From an uncultured delta proteobacterium (GTDB lineage: Bacteria > Desulfobacterota > Binatia > Bin18): a stretch of DNA of 64,000 nucleotides. Below the pieces are notes generated by a model that did no database searches, had not been told where the DNA came from, and was given only the letters and a program-made list of their open reading frames with translations. Each line of letters opens with the position of its first letter. Within the stretch, counting starts at the first letter, position 1. The DNA is taken from assembly GCA_963733195.1 (NCBI GenBank), contig CAVTCR010000028.1:1-64000 (forward strand), given 5' to 3'. Shown here in pieces: positions 10,018 to 22,771 of this stretch. The position numbers were made by a program, and so were the translations under genes.

Positions 10018-12180
10018 CTATGTGTCCAGGCGCGTAAAGGGAAGGGTAAAGAAAAACGTGCTCCCACTTTTAAGAGTACTCTCGACCCACACATTTCCCT
10101 GGTGAGCATGAATGATCTCTCGCACAAGTGCGAGTCCTAAACCGGTCCCACCAATGCCGCGCGTGTCAGAATTGTCTACGCGAAAAAACTTAGTAAAGAG
10201 CTTGGGAATTGCTTCTGGCGGAATACCGACACCGTGATCCTTGACCCACACCATAACTCGGTGTGCTTCTGCTTCCGCACCGACCTCAATCGGTCCCCCC
10301 TGAGGGGAGAATTTAATGGCATTCGATACCAGATTGACCAGAACTTGGCGTAGGCGATTGGCATCACCGCGAACCCGCGGTAGTAATGACGGCACTTCCA
10401 ATCGAAGAGAGTGAGGTCCTCCTATTGTCTCGAAGAGTTCAACACTTTCGCGAAGTACGGATTCCAGCGCAAGTGGTGCAAACACATAGGGATGATGGCC
10501 ACCTTCTATCCGTTGGAGATCGAGAAAGTCATCAATCAGGTGTGTCAAGCGTATGGCTTCACTATGAATGACATCCAGAAGTTCGCGTTGTTTTTCAAAG
10601 GTGAAATTTCGTTTCAACATCAACTCGGCAAAGCCACGAAGACTGGCTAACGGCGTGCGGAGTTCATGACTGACGGTTGAGATTAACTCATCCTTCACGC
10701 GTTCGACTTCCTTCCGTTCGGTAATATTTCGGAAGGTGACGACGGCACCAACGACCTCACCATGCTCGTTGCGTATAGGTGTACTCAGGTATTCGACTGG
10801 AAAATTCGTTCCGTCTTTACGCCAGTAGACCTCTTCAGTGATCCGGACGCTTCTTCCATCATGCAGCGTGTGGAGCATGGGGCAGGCTTCGGCAGGGTAT
10901 AAGGTACCATCAGCTTTGTGATGATGTATCCGTTCGTGCAGCGGTTGGCCTAGCAACTCGAAGACTTCATATCCCAGTAGGTGCGCTGCCGTAGGATTCA
11001 CAAATGTAGCTCTCCCGTGTTCATCCACCCCGAAAATTCCTTCACCAGCTGAGTTTAGAATTAACTCGTTCTGCTGACGCAAGCGTTCAAGCGCTGCTTC
11101 TGCATGTTTCCGTTCCTCTATTTCTGCTTGTAACGCTGCATTAGCTTGCACCAAGGCAACAGTACGCTCCTCTACTCGCTGTTCTAACTCACGATGAGCC
11201 CACTGTAACGCTTCTTCTGCACGTTTACGGGCAGTGATGTCCTGCACTGTTCCTTCATAGTAGAGCGGAGCCCCATGCTGGTCACGGACGAGCCGAGCGG
11301 TTTCAGAAATCCAAATTCGCTCACGGGTTTTGTGGCGGTATACTTCAGACTCGAAGTCCGTCACACTGTCCCGTCCTGCCAAGATGTGTTGAAACTCTTC
11401 ACGTCGGTGTGGATCGACGTACCACTCCGCGGCAATATTGCTCACAGCTGGCAGCATTTCTGCTTCACTCTCGTAGCCATTCAATTTCACTAAGGCAGGG
11501 TTGGCACGAAGTTGACGACCATCGAGACTCGAACGGTAAATACCCTCGACCGCATTCTCAAAGATGGTGCGATACTCATGCTCGGCTGCCCGTGCTGCTT
11601 CTTCTGCTCGCTTTCGCTCAATGACCTCTGTGCGTAAGGCCTCATTCGCCCGCGCTAAGTCAGCAGTGCGCTCTTGGACTCGTTGCTCCAGTGCAGCGTG
11701 CGCTTGCCGCAAGGCTTCCTCAGCATGCTTCCGCTCCGTGATGTCGCGATAGATCCCAAGAATACCAACCAACATACCTTCCCGGTCGCGCAGGAAACGC
11801 GTGCGAGCCTCGACTGCCACTGTGCGCCCATTGGATCGTAGCAACTCAATCTCAAACGTGGATGGAAGTGGCTCGCCAGCGAGCGCCCGCTGTATACGCT
11901 CTTCCCCTAACGCAACAGATGCGGGCGTAAGAAACTGGATAAACGGGCGGCCAACAATCTGTTCTCGCGACAAACCAATAAGACGCTCCGCACTACGATT
12001 GACGCTCGTCAGCGTTCCGTCCAACGCAATGAATGCGATGGCATCGTTGGCGTTCTCGAAGATCGTACGGTAGTGCTCTTCGTTTTGAGGAAGGGGCCTC
12101 GCTTGTGCCCCTTTTAGTAAGTCGAAAGCTGAATGCTTATCCCCCGCTCGCTGTGAGACATCCCTGTTGCTCACACTCAT
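10018..12180 (-). CDS. Cytoplasmic multi-PAS sensor histidine kinase
   Basis: Three PAS/PAC units, H-box SHELRTPL, NLVSNAIKF, GTGLGL. Confidence 0.95.
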   Translation of the reverse strand: MSVSNRDVSQRAGDKHSAFDLLKGAQARPLPQNEEHYRTIFENANDAIAFIALDGTLTSVNRSAERLIGLSREQIVGRPFIQFLTPASVALGEERIQRALAGEPLPSTFEIELLRSNGRTVAVEARTRFLRDREGMLVGILGIYRDITERKHAEEALRQAHAALEQRVQERTADLARANEALRTEVIERKRAEEAARAAEHEYRTIFENAVEGIYRSSLDGRQLRANPALVKLNGYESEAEMLPAVSNIAAEWYVDPHRREEFQHILAGRDSVTDFESEVYRHKTRERIWISETARLVRDQHGAPLYYEGTVQDITARKRAEEALQWAHRELEQRVEERTVALVQANAALQAEIEERKHAEAALERLRQQNELILNSAGEGIFGVDEHGRATFVNPTAAHLLGYEVFELLGQPLHERIHHHKADGTLYPAEACPMLHTLHDGRSVRITEEVYWRKDGTNFPVEYLSTPIRNEHGEVVGAVVTFRNITERKEVERVKDELISTVSHELRTPLASLRGFAELMLKRNFTFEKQRELLDVIHSEAIRLTHLIDDFLDLQRIEGGHHPYVFAPLALESVLRESVELFETIGGPHSLRLEVPSLLPRVRGDANRLRQVLVNLVSNAIKFSPQGGPIEVGAEAEAHRVMVWVKDHGVGIPPEAIPKLFTKFFRVDNSDTRGIGGTGLGLALVREIIHAHQGNVWVESTLKSGSTFFFTLPFTRLDT

Positions 12181-12294
12181 AAGCTGTACCTCCCTCCTGA
12201 CCCTCCTCAGGGAACTCAGCTCGTACAGTCCCTCTACTATAGGTCACCCTATGAAAGATAGGGGGTGTCCTCTAACGATATTCTCCTCTGATTG

Positions 12295-14617
12295 TTACTC
12301 CACCTGATAGGACAAGCTGTCAGAGCGACCAGCATTATCAACGACCACAAGTCGATGAATGCCGAGCCGCAGTGGAAGCAGGAGCTTTGCTTCAGGCGTG
12401 CCACTACGGATGAGCGTACCATTTTCATACCAGTAGAGACGCGTAGCAGAGGCGCCTCCTTGAATACTGAGAGGAATCTGCTGATACTCCCCAGGAGCAT
12501 CGCGGCGCAAATGATAGGGAGTATCAGCGTTCGGCGAAACGATTTTGAGCGGCTCGCTGGCGGGGATATCGGTGCATAGCGAACTGAGACGTGGAACAGA
12601 AGGAATTGAGTGTCCTTGAGCCTGCTTCCATGCCAGCAGCTCCGGAGGATAGGTCATGATTACTTCTGCATGGTGAGGACGCTGAGCAAGGCATGATCCT
12701 GCAAGCTGCTCTCCGGTCTCTGTGTCAACAAAAATACGACGGTGATACGAACAGAGTGAGAGTTTCGAGCGTCCTGGCAGCGAAGGAACAGTATCCTGGA
12801 GAGGGCAGTATGGTCCGGCTAACTCATGGCTCTGCTCGCAGATGCGGACTGTGCCCAACTGCAAATTCTTGGAATACGGCAGTTGCGCTGTTCCGCCTTC
12901 GATGACACGGAATAGATCGAATAACAGTGGGGCAGCATGCTCAGCACCAGAAATGCCCTTTTGGCCGTGACCATCTACGTTCCCGACCCACACACCAATC
13001 GTGTAACGGGCTGAAAACCCGAGACTCCAGGCATCGCGGTGGCCATACGAGGTGCCGGTTTTCCAGGCGACAACTGGGACATCGCGAGTCAGATGCCACG
13101 CACGAGGAAGGTCTGGACGTTGCAGGCCGGTTAAAGTCCTTGTCACCAGATGTGCAGACTCAGGGGAGAATAATAGCTCTTGAGCACCTTCGACTGCTGA
13201 TGCGTTGTTCTGTATACGGACTGGTCGATGGACTCCTCCGGTTGCGAGTGTAGCGTACAGATTTGTCAGATCGAGCAACGTAACCTCGCCGCTTCCGAGA
13301 ATAAGCGGTAAGCCATACGTGGTTGCAGGACGATCAAGCGTAACCAAGCCGCCTCGTCGTAACAGCGTCTGAAACTCTGCTAACCCAATCTGGGCGAGTA
13401 AGCGAACGGCAGGAGCATTCAACGAGCGGACTAAGGCTTCACGTACTGTGACTAATCCGCTGTACTGTCCATCATAATTTTCGGGCACATAGCCGGCGAA
13501 GTCGGTTGGAATATCGAGCAAGTACGAGTTGGGAATAATCAACCCGGCATCCATGGCCATAGCGTACAGAAACGGTTTGAGGGTAGAGCCTGGCGAGCGA
13601 CGGGCAACGGCGGTGTTGACTTGTCCCTGTGTCGCTGTGGCAAAGAAATCCGGTGATCCGACGAGCACGCGTACCGCCCGGCTGTCATTCTCAATCACGA
13701 CCACCGCGGCACTACTAATGCCACGGTCACGCAACCCGGCGATGCGGGCAGCGACTTGGGTTTCAGCGATCTGTTGGAGATGTCGGTCAAGGGTCGTAAC
13801 GATCTTCGGCTCTCGGGGCAAGCGGTCTACCACTAGCTGACAGAAGTGTGGAGCAACGAAGGGAGAACGCCAGATGGGAGTATGAACCGGATGGCGGCGG
13901 GCGTCAGCGATCGCTTCAGGAGAGAAGATCTGCCGGACAGCCAGTTGCTGAAGGACGCGATTTCTTACCGTAAGCGCGGTCTGCGGATTCCGTGCAGGAT
14001 TGTAACTATTAGGCGAGCGTGGGAGTACCGATAGCAGTGCTGCCTCACCCAGAGAGAGCTGTGCCGGGATTTTACCAAAGTAGACGGTGCTTGCGGCACC
14101 GATCCCTTCGACATTGCCTCCATAGGGTGTGAGGTTGACATACAGCTCAAGCAGTTCCTCTTTTGTGAAGTGTCGCTCGAGTTGTAGTGCACGAAACATC
14201 TCTTGCCCTTTTGCCCAGACCGTCCTGGGCTTGGGTTCTGCTAACCGCGCGATCTGCATAGTGATAGTTGAGGCTCCAGAGACGATTCTGCCACGGCGCA
14301 GGTTTGCCCACATTGCGCGCACGACAGCAAAAGGGTTCACCCCCGGATGGGAATAGAACCAGCGATCTTCTGACGCAATGAGCGTTTGGATAAAGACTGG
14401 CGCAACTTCATTAAGAGTCACAGGCAAGCGCAGTTGTTCGTCAGGCGGGAGAAAGATGCGCAGCGGCACCTCTGCTCGGTCTGTGACTACAACCGCCGGC
14501 CGGCGGTATAAGGTTGCGGTCGGGAAAGGGAAGAGCGAGTCAAGAATGCCGAAACAGAAATACATCCCCCCACAGAGCAGGAGACTCACAAGTGTAGTTT
14601 TATATGCCGTGCCGCAT
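12295..14617 (-). CDS. pbpC: Penicillin-binding protein 1C
   Basis: Transglycosylase motifs EDRWFYSHPG and GASTITMQ; transpeptidase STLK, SLN, KTGT; adjacent to alpha-2-macroglobulin. Start uncertain (ATG ~14617 is out of frame; ORF track uses 14589). Confidence 0.93.
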
Positions 14618-14632
14618 TATTCTTAACTATTG

Positions 14633-17600
14633 TTACGACACGCTTGTCGCTATCTTCTTTACCTTCACTTCAATCGTTCCCCGTTCTCCGGTCGCGCGAA
14701 TCGCCGGATCGTACATTGCCTCGGCCTGAACCGGAGGCAGCCGGAAGGTGCCGGGCGCGACCGCACGCAATAACGCGTACGCGATGTGCCATTCGTTTGC
14801 GGGGAGGTCGGTAAACAGGAGCACGCGATCATCACGGATGTCTTGGTGCGCCGGCTCCAGATTCGCGTCGGTGACCCACGGGAGTGTTTCGGTCGACTTC
14901 AAGCGTGGATTCTCAACTTCTAACCCTGAGGGCAAAAGATTCTGGATCACCACATTATCGAGCTTACCAGAGAGGCTACGGACTTGGGTCTTCACTACGA
15001 TCAGATCTCCTTGAGAAACAGCAAATAGGTCAAGTGGATTCCCATCACGAGTGAAGAACGAGCGAGAGATTTCTAGCCCAGCCTTTTCAGGGGCAAACTT
15101 GGCGTCAGTCGGAATACCGCGACTGTGAAGCGCAAAGAAGGCTGCACCTGATTCATAGCCTTCGTTCATCTGAATCCTGATCGGTTCGTTCCCCTCAATA
15201 TCTGCGAATGTTATCGTCTTGTTCGTAAAGGTGCCGATCTCCTTCTTGCCGACAAAGACCGTCCCCGAGTACGGTTTCTTTTGCGTCTGTTGTTTGAAGA
15301 ACTGTCCTAGCGCGACAAATGCGACGGCACTTTCTTGTGTGCTCCAGCCATCGTCAGCCTGTGCGTCGCGGGCAAGGCGCTGCACTAATTTAGGGATGCG
15401 CGGATCGTGCGGCGCTGCATCCAAAAAAGCTAGCAGCAGTAACGCGCGGTTTCGTACCGTCGAGTTGAAGTTCTCTCCGGTTTGTCGTGCTGTTTGCTCT
15501 GCATCTTCAAGACCACGAGTCAATTCTTCAATGACATTGGTATTGCCGGTCGCGGCATAAGCGGCACCCAGCAATGCCCGTGACTCAGGTTTCAGTTTGT
15601 TGCGATGTCGATCACGCACGAAGTCGAGCGTGCCGAGGTCGGCCTTACCAGCACGAGCCAAAACGTACGATGCATACGTCACTCGTTGTAGCTCCTCCCA
15701 GTTCGGGTCTTCACTCGGCTTGGTGTCTTTGACGAGAGATTCGAGCGCACGATCATAGAGCAGAGCGTCGACATGATGTCCGGCCCGGCGGGCTTCGACT
15801 AAGAAATGTGTGGTATAGATGCTGCCCCACGGATGCATCGTGTCACCATCCGGCCACATAGAAAAACCGCCACTTGAGAGTTGCATCGTCGCTAACCGAC
15901 GAATGCCTTCTTGAACGAACACATCAGGATCACTTTTGCTAAATAACTCCGGATCAAGTTCTTTGGCGAGTTCGCTGAAATAGACCAAAGGAAAGGCGCT
16001 TGATGTGGTTTGTTCAACACAACCATACGGATAATGCAGCAGGTAGCGTAACTTGCCGGTGAATTGGACCAATGGCAGTGGGCTGAGCCGTAACTCCCGG
16101 CGCGCGGTTTCTGGTCGGAATGCATCTAGCTCTTCTGCGGTCAATTCGAGTGTGGCTTTAGTAATATCTCCAGCACGCTCTACTGTGCGGGCAGGTAGAT
16201 CGGCGCGCAACGACAACTCAGAGCTTGAACGTGTTTTCTCTCCGTTGCCTTCTGCTGTCAGCGAGAAACGAACATCACCCGCTCGATTGCCACTCTTAAG
16301 GGTGAAATAGATGGTCTGCTCTTTTGCTTGTGCGACTGTTACTGTTTGGGTGGTATCTCCTTCTACTTTGACTAAACCTTCAGTTGCCAGCGTGACGGCA
16401 AAGTTGCCGTCTTTGCCAGTGTCATTACGGACAGTAACAGGGAGTTGAGCGGTTTCCTGGAACGAGAGGAAGCGGGGATACGTGGGCAACAGAACGACTG
16501 GATCGCGCACCTTGGTCGTATACGAGGCAGAACCAAATTGCTTGCCGTTATGAGCGACGGCCATAACACGTAAGGCGCCCTGAAATTCCGGCACCTCGAA
16601 CGTGACCGTTGCTCTGCCTTCACCATCAGCAGTGACAATGCCAGACCAGAATGTTACCGGCTTTACGCGGCGAATACTTTCAGTTCGTACCTGTGATTCC
16701 ATCGCGTCGCCTTCGGCATCACCACCGACGGAGGCTTTTCCTTGCACATTCACCTCCGGCAGGAGGAGAGAGAAAATATCGAACGCACGCACCCCGAGCG
16801 CGAGCTTGCGATAGAAGTAGGCAAAGGGATCGGCTGTTTGTTGGGCGATTAACTGCAAAATGCCTTCGTCGACCATAGCGACAGTGACATCTGCTCCAGG
16901 TGTGGCGGTTACGTTCACTGACAGTGGGGAATGAGGGCGAACTTCCATTGGTGCGGCGATATCGATCTTAAGTCGGTTACTGGTCTGATCCACATTCAGC
17001 GGGATTGCGCCGAACGCGCGCCCAGCTGTCCCTGGTTCCAGGTCTTTTGCCGAACGAATCAAGGTGGCGGTGACGTAAGCATTCGGTCGATACTCGGCAA
17101 CGATCGGAACTTTCACTGCTGCGGTATTGCCTGAGATCTCGTGAATTTGCGTGTGGGTAATGCCATCGCGCTCGACCGTCACTAGAAGTTTTCCGGCAAA
17201 CGGTGCTTTGACCTGAACCGTGGCTTCTTCACCGGGTTGGTACTCAGTCTTGTCGAGCCCCAACTCTAAGCGCCCTGGAGTCTTGATCGCCCAGGGAGAA
17301 TATCCCGATCCACTGGCGAAAAACTCGACTTGCGTAGATGCACCAGTGTCAGTGTCTATAAGGGCAACGCGATAATCACCAAATTCAGGTGGCGTGAAGG
17401 TAAACTGACCGCGAGCGTTTCCTGCCGCAAGTGTTTGGCTATCAAGCAACACTGGTTCGCGTGTGGATTCGTACCGGTAATTCCCGGCGTCGGTTCTGCG
17501 GAGCACCGTATGCCAACGATCACGGAATAACTCTGCGCGCAGTGACTTTTGCCGAAACTTCAGTGCCAGTGGGAGCGACAGCGACATATTCGAGAGTGAC

Positions 17601-20078
17601 CGGCTGGCGTGGTTCAGGATACCCTTCACCAACGCGGCGCAGACCAAGGTAGTAAGGGTAGGGGTGAATCGGAATGCGTTGCAGCGCTGCAACTCCCCGA
17701 CCTCCTTGCTCTTGCACACGAGCGGTGACGACGGCAGTGAGAGAAGAGGGGACACGGAGTCCAGAAGGAACAGTCGCAGTGAAGGTGCGGGTACCGGCTT
17801 CGTCGAGCACACTTTCGTTGGTCAGCAACTCCTGATCAGTAAACTTCCGCTCGGGATCATGAAAGGTAAACTCGTCATATCCTTTGGGAGCAAAAGTCGA
17901 GGTGGTCAGCCGCACACGACTCTCTACCTTGAGCCCAGCAGCAGGCGGACCAAAGAGATATGCACTCGCGACATCGTAGGCGAATTCTTCGCCAGGGCTA
18001 AATTCTGGCTTCTTGGCGTTGATGTCTACTCTAATGCGATCAGGAACGAACTCTTCTACTTGAAACCGATATTGCCCGATCACTTCCTCCCCAACCACTA
18101 ACTCTAAGTTATGGTGACCGGTGCGAGCATAAGAGGGGATAGTCAGGGTAAAGGAAGCCAGGCCATGATCATTGAGTGTGAGTTTGAGAGTGTCACGGAG
18201 ATTTCCTTGCGGATCGTTATGACGCAGCACTAGCGGCATGACTGGTGGGGCTTGTAAGTTACGGTCACGCACAACCGCCACACCGTTGACGGTTTCTCCG
18301 GGACGGTAGATGTCCCGTTCACCATACAGATATGCAGAGTAACCTTCTTTAGAGACATCGGCCCCGGCAACATCAAAACTGGAAGTGTCGATCGTTGCTT
18401 GATCAAGGAGCAAGAAGCTGAAATCGTTGCCTCGTTCAACCGTAACCATGTACGGAGTCTGTTTCTCAAATATCTTCGCCAGCCCATGGATACGCCATAC
18501 ACCTTCGGCGTCGGTTTTTCCCTCCGCGATAGTCTGGTTTTGGTTGCTGATGAGACGAACCGTTGCTCCCTCAACAGCTGCGAGGTTCGCAAATGATGAG
18601 GTCCAAACCAAGAACTCATCTTTGCCTTGCTTGGCGACGATACCTAAGTCGGTTAGCAGTAACCACCGCGAAGTTCCACGTGAAGAATCAGGGCGGACGA
18701 CACCGATACGATATAAGCCTGGGGTTTCTTCTTTAACGTAACTATCAAGGGCCAATGGCGTAATTACGCTTTTATTGCGCTCTCCACTCAGGGATATGGT
18801 TTGGGTCACAAGCCGATCACCGAACACCTGCGACACCGTCGAATCATAATAGTCCTCGTTCTCGTACCCTCCACTGTTGCGGTCGAAGAAGAAAAACAGA
18901 TTGTTACGATAGACGCGATCGATGGTCAGTTGCACCTCGCTCACGTTGACGGTCTTCAATGCGACGGTCCGCGTGCCACTGGCGGACAGAAACATGCCTG
19001 GGCTTTGAAATGTGATTGCTGGATCAAGGTTTGGAACAGCGACTGAGGTTTTGTATTCTTGTTGCAACACTGCGTCATCCGTGGCAGGGAGTCCTTGCGC
19101 GACAACTAGTGCATACTCCTGGCCAGGAATGAGGCCACCGGTCAGAATTAATTCCGTGCTTTCAGCGGACACTCGGTACTTTGTCGCAGGATTCAGACTG
19201 ATGTACTTTTCAACGACTACCGGGTTGACTGGGGACGAAAACCGGATGCGGACAGTAGAGTCAGGCTCCCCAGCTTGTGCTGAGACTCCTTGCACGTCAA
19301 GTTTCTCGGATGACCCCAGCGTAATCTTTTGCTCCCAGTCTTTTGCAAGAGAAACGGTTCCACCCTCCGGGGTGAGGTTAGAAAGGATGATGAGCCTCAG
19401 TTCCCGTGAGACTTTCTGTTTTTCGATGGGTTTACTACGGAAGCCGATCACTTGACTGCGGTAGGTGGTTTCAAGTTCAAGTGGAATAGGATCTTGCTCG
19501 CTACGTAGCGGGTCGATAAGCCGTAGCTTGGTGGCAAGGACTTCTGGATTGACCTGGGTATTAAATCGTGCGCTACCGCGGATGATGACCTGATGCTTGG
19601 CTTCGAGAACAGGTTCCTCGGAAATGTCTATGCGCTCGACTTTGAACGGATCGGTTTGCAGGGTGAATTCACTCTTGCCCGCGAGCGTTTGTCCGGCTTT
19701 CAGGAGACGTTCGAGAATCAACGCGACGTGGTACTCGGTTGACATAGCGAAGCGGTCGGTAGCCTCAAAGCGTAAGACATTCGCTCCTTGCCACTTCCAC
19801 GATCCACCAGTGGTCGGTTTGAGAATGGCAGGGTCTTTGCCGAGTATTTCGCCGATATGTCCTTCCCCTAACGGGCGATTGAAGACAATGTTCACTCCTC
19901 GCTGGTTCTCGCGGTCGAAGGAAATATCGAGAACCGAGACAGTCTCTTTCGTCGGTTTTCCTTTTTCTGTCTTGTCTTCTGAATGGCGGCCTTTGAGGAG
20001 AACGCTGGATAAGATGATGACCGCTACCGCAAGGGCAGCAATAGTGAGATTTTTCCAGTCCGCAAACCAGGAACCCAT
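14633..20078 (-). CDS. Bacterial alpha-2-macroglobulin (YfhM-like), split by one frameshift near 17540
   Basis: N-terminal membrane anchor, YRPGE motif, thioester motif PYGCVEQT, C-terminal AEAMYDP; canonical pairing with pbpC. Confidence 0.93.
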
Positions 20079-20292
20079 AGACAGACGCTCCTCTAGCAAG
20101 AAGGGGATACTATTATGCTGAACACAAACTGTGCGATTTGGACGCGAACGACTCTCTTATCGTACACAAAAAAATCGCTGAGAGGAAAGAGTTATGGTTC
20201 GCGAGTGGACAAACGCAGAAGTAATAGGATGTACTTCAGAAAAACATAGGAATTATATCTGCGGCACACCAAGCTATGGAGTGCTAGTTGAC

Positions 20293-20316
20293 GATGGCAG
20301 GCACAGCCTGCCCTAC
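20293..20316. repeat. GTAG-type REP element
   Basis: GATGGCAGGCACAGCCTGCCCTAC, identical to 22701-22724. Confidence 0.65.
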
Positions 20317-20584
20317 AGGGTTCGGAGGGGGACAACGGCGAAAAGGGCAAAGGGAGAAAAGGAAACAATGTCTCTTCTTTCTTTCCCTATCCATTTCCTC
20401 GTTTCGCCATTTCCCCTTTTCCTCTCATCTTGAGACGAGCTGCGCCCGCTACGGTGCGCTCAAGCAAAAATCCGTATCTTGGGGTGCGTTCCATGCAGCG
20501 ACTTGTTTGGCCTCGGTAAACGCGCTAACACAGTAAGAGAGGTTGGGAAAAGACCTGGTGGTCGTTCCCAGAAAGAGAGAGCGC

Positions 20585-21325
20585 ATGCGCGTGACAGTGC
20601 TCGGCGCTGGCGATGCATTTTGTAGTAGCGGTCGGCGTCATAGTGGATATTTCGTTGAAACAAGGGATGTCGGTTTCCTACTGGATTGTGGGGCAACAAC
20701 GCTGCTAGCACTGAAAGCGTTGAACATTGCTGCCGAGCGTATTGATTTTATCGCCATTAGTCACTTGCACGGCGACCACTTTGGTGGACTGCCGTTTCTC
20801 TTCCTCGAATATACCTATGAAAAACCTCGTACCAAGCCGTTAGTGATCATTGGTCCGCCAGGATTGGAAGAGCGAGTGCGAACCTTACATAGCACTATGT
20901 ATCGTGAACTCGCGGCGCGAGGTACTGCGTTCCCTTTGCAGTTTCATGAAGTTACGCCAGGAAAAGCGGAAACGTCTCACGGTGTCACTCTTCTTCCTTT
21001 TCGTGTCCCGCATCAAGAGAAGGACATTTCTTTAGGATACCGTGCCGCTGTTGAGGGGAAGGCGATACTCTACTCTGGAGACTGTGGCTGGAACGACGAT
21101 CTGGTGGCCCAGTCGCGAGGCACGGATTTGTTTATTTGTGAGTGTTGCTACTTTGCGACCATGACAAACTTTCATGTCAGCTACCCACAGATCGCTCAGG
21201 CCCATCAGCAAGGACAGTTGGGTTGTAAGCGTTTGGTGTTGAGTCATATTGGACGCGAAGTGCTAGAACGAATAGATGAAGTGACTATCGAGTGTGCGCA
21301 TGATGGGTTGGTTCTTGAAGTGTAG
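20585..21325 (+). CDS. Metallo-beta-lactamase fold hydrolase (RNase Z/BN-like)
   Basis: LLDCG, SHLHGDHFGG, YSGD and LSH motifs. Confidence 0.9.
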   Translation: MRVTVLGAGDAFCSSGRRHSGYFVETRDVGFLLDCGATTLLALKALNIAAERIDFIAISHLHGDHFGGLPFLFLEYTYEKPRTKPLVIIGPPGLEERVRTLHSTMYRELAARGTAFPLQFHEVTPGKAETSHGVTLLPFRVPHQEKDISLGYRAAVEGKAILYSGDCGWNDDLVAQSRGTDLFICECCYFATMTNFHVSYPQIAQAHQQGQLGCKRLVLSHIGREVLERIDEVTIECAHDGLVLEV

Positions 21326-21352
21326 ACACAAAAGAGGCGCTTGCGCTCTGTT

Positions 21353-21778
21353 ATGCTACGATTCCTGGTTTTTACTTCACTTTGCGTGATGATCGGGGGT
21401 GCCTTTTCAGCAGTCGCCCAGAGCCCATCTCCTGCTGGACCTCCGCAACTCATCCGCATGACGGGAGCCTTCGTCGAGCCTGCAGGAGCCGGAAGTCAAC
21501 AATCGCCCCAACCGTATCCTACGATCGATGTTCGTGTTGCTGAACACGTACGCCCGTTCCGTGTGCGTGAGGTCGAGTCTTTGACTAACGCTAAGCAAGG
21601 TACGCCCATCCTCCGCAATCTTGGCGGCTTTCTCATCTTTACTGGTCCACAAGAGATGCTCGATCGCTTGCAAAACCCAGAGGCTACAGGACAGCCCCTC
21701 AAGATAGAAGGTCGATTATACGTAAAAGACCGAGTTCTGATGATCAACTCTGTCGAATCAGCTGCCTGGAGCAAATGA
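21353..21778 (+). CDS. Exported hypothetical protein
   Basis: Signal peptide-like N-terminus ending AVA; co-oriented between MBL and MoxR genes. Confidence 0.7.
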   Translation: MLRFLVFTSLCVMIGGAFSAVAQSPSPAGPPQLIRMTGAFVEPAGAGSQQSPQPYPTIDVRVAEHVRPFRVREVESLTNAKQGTPILRNLGGFLIFTGPQEMLDRLQNPEATGQPLKIEGRLYVKDRVLMINSVESAAWSK

Positions 21779-21784
21779 GGATGC

Positions 21785-22657
21785 ATGGAGGTTACCTTCG
21801 ATCTCGTCCAAGACGGTCTCAAAAGAGGTCGTTACATCACGACCCCTAAGGTCGAAACTGCTATCTACCTGACCCTAGTTCTGGAAAAACCGCTTCTGAT
21901 CGAAGGCCCAGCAGGAGTGGGCAAAACCGAGGTTGCTAAAGTCCTGGCTGAGTTTCTCCATACGGAGCTGGTTCGCTTGCAATGTTATGAAGGGCTCGAC
22001 GAAGCGCGAGCGTTATACGAATGGAATTATCAGAAGCAGCTTCTGCGTATTCAGGCCGATACCGCGCAAGAGCAAGGCTGGGATGAGGTCTCGTCACATA
22101 TTTTCTCACGCGAGTATTTGCTTGAACGCCCGCTCCTGCACGCCATCAGTGTGCCTCGCAAAGTTGTGTTGCTGATCGACGAGATTGATAAAGCCGATGA
22201 AGAATTTGAGGCGTTTCTGCTCGAAGTGTTGAGTGATTTTCAAGTCAGCGTACCGGAACTGGGCACTATCCGGGCGCTACATCGACCGGCAGTGATTCTT
22301 ACTTCAAATCGTGCCCGTGAACTTTCCGAGGCGCTCAAACGGCGGTGTTTGCATCTGTACATTGATTTTCCTGGCTTTGAGGACGAAGCCCGAATCATCG
22401 CACTGAAAGTGCCAGATCTTGATGAAAAGTTACGACGGCAAGTGGCGCGTTTCGTCAACGGGCTGCGCAAACTTGATCTGAAGAAAGCGCCAAGCATTGC
22501 TGAAACCCTCGATTGGGCACGAGCACTGCTTGCGTTAGGTGTCAAAGAACTCGATGCTCCAGGAGTTAAGCGGACACTCAATCTTGTGCTCAAGTACGAA
22601 GAAGATATTCGCAAAGCGGAGGGGCGGGTTGGGGATTTGTTGCGAGCGAGCACGTGA
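21785..22657 (+). CDS. MoxR-family AAA+ ATPase (CoxD-like)
   Basis: Walker A GPAGVGKT, RLQCYEG, Walker B LLIDEIDK, EALKRRC. Confidence 0.93.
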   Translation: MEVTFDLVQDGLKRGRYITTPKVETAIYLTLVLEKPLLIEGPAGVGKTEVAKVLAEFLHTELVRLQCYEGLDEARALYEWNYQKQLLRIQADTAQEQGWDEVSSHIFSREYLLERPLLHAISVPRKVVLLIDEIDKADEEFEAFLLEVLSDFQVSVPELGTIRALHRPAVILTSNRARELSEALKRRCLHLYIDFPGFEDEARIIALKVPDLDEKLRRQVARFVNGLRKLDLKKAPSIAETLDWARALLALGVKELDAPGVKRTLNLVLKYEEDIRKAEGRVGDLLRAST

Positions 22658-22700
22658 AAAAGGTTAAAGGTTTTAGGTTTGATGTAGAACCCTAGCCGGT

Positions 22701-22766
22701 GATGGCAGGCACAGCCTGCCCTACCTTGCTCCTGCAAAGACACGTAGGACGGGCTGCGCCCGCCAC
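22701..22766. repeat. Inverted REP pair (BIME-like) between convergent genes
   Basis: REP copy at 22701-22724 followed by inverted GTAGGACGGGCTGCGCCCGCC. Confidence 0.55.
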
Positions 22767-22771
22767 AGTGC

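Noticed and set aside
12295-20078. Alpha-2-macroglobulin + pbpC as novel, or as partner of the S8 proteases
   Set aside because: Well-known pair acting in the periplasm, whereas the S8 proteins lack signal peptides.
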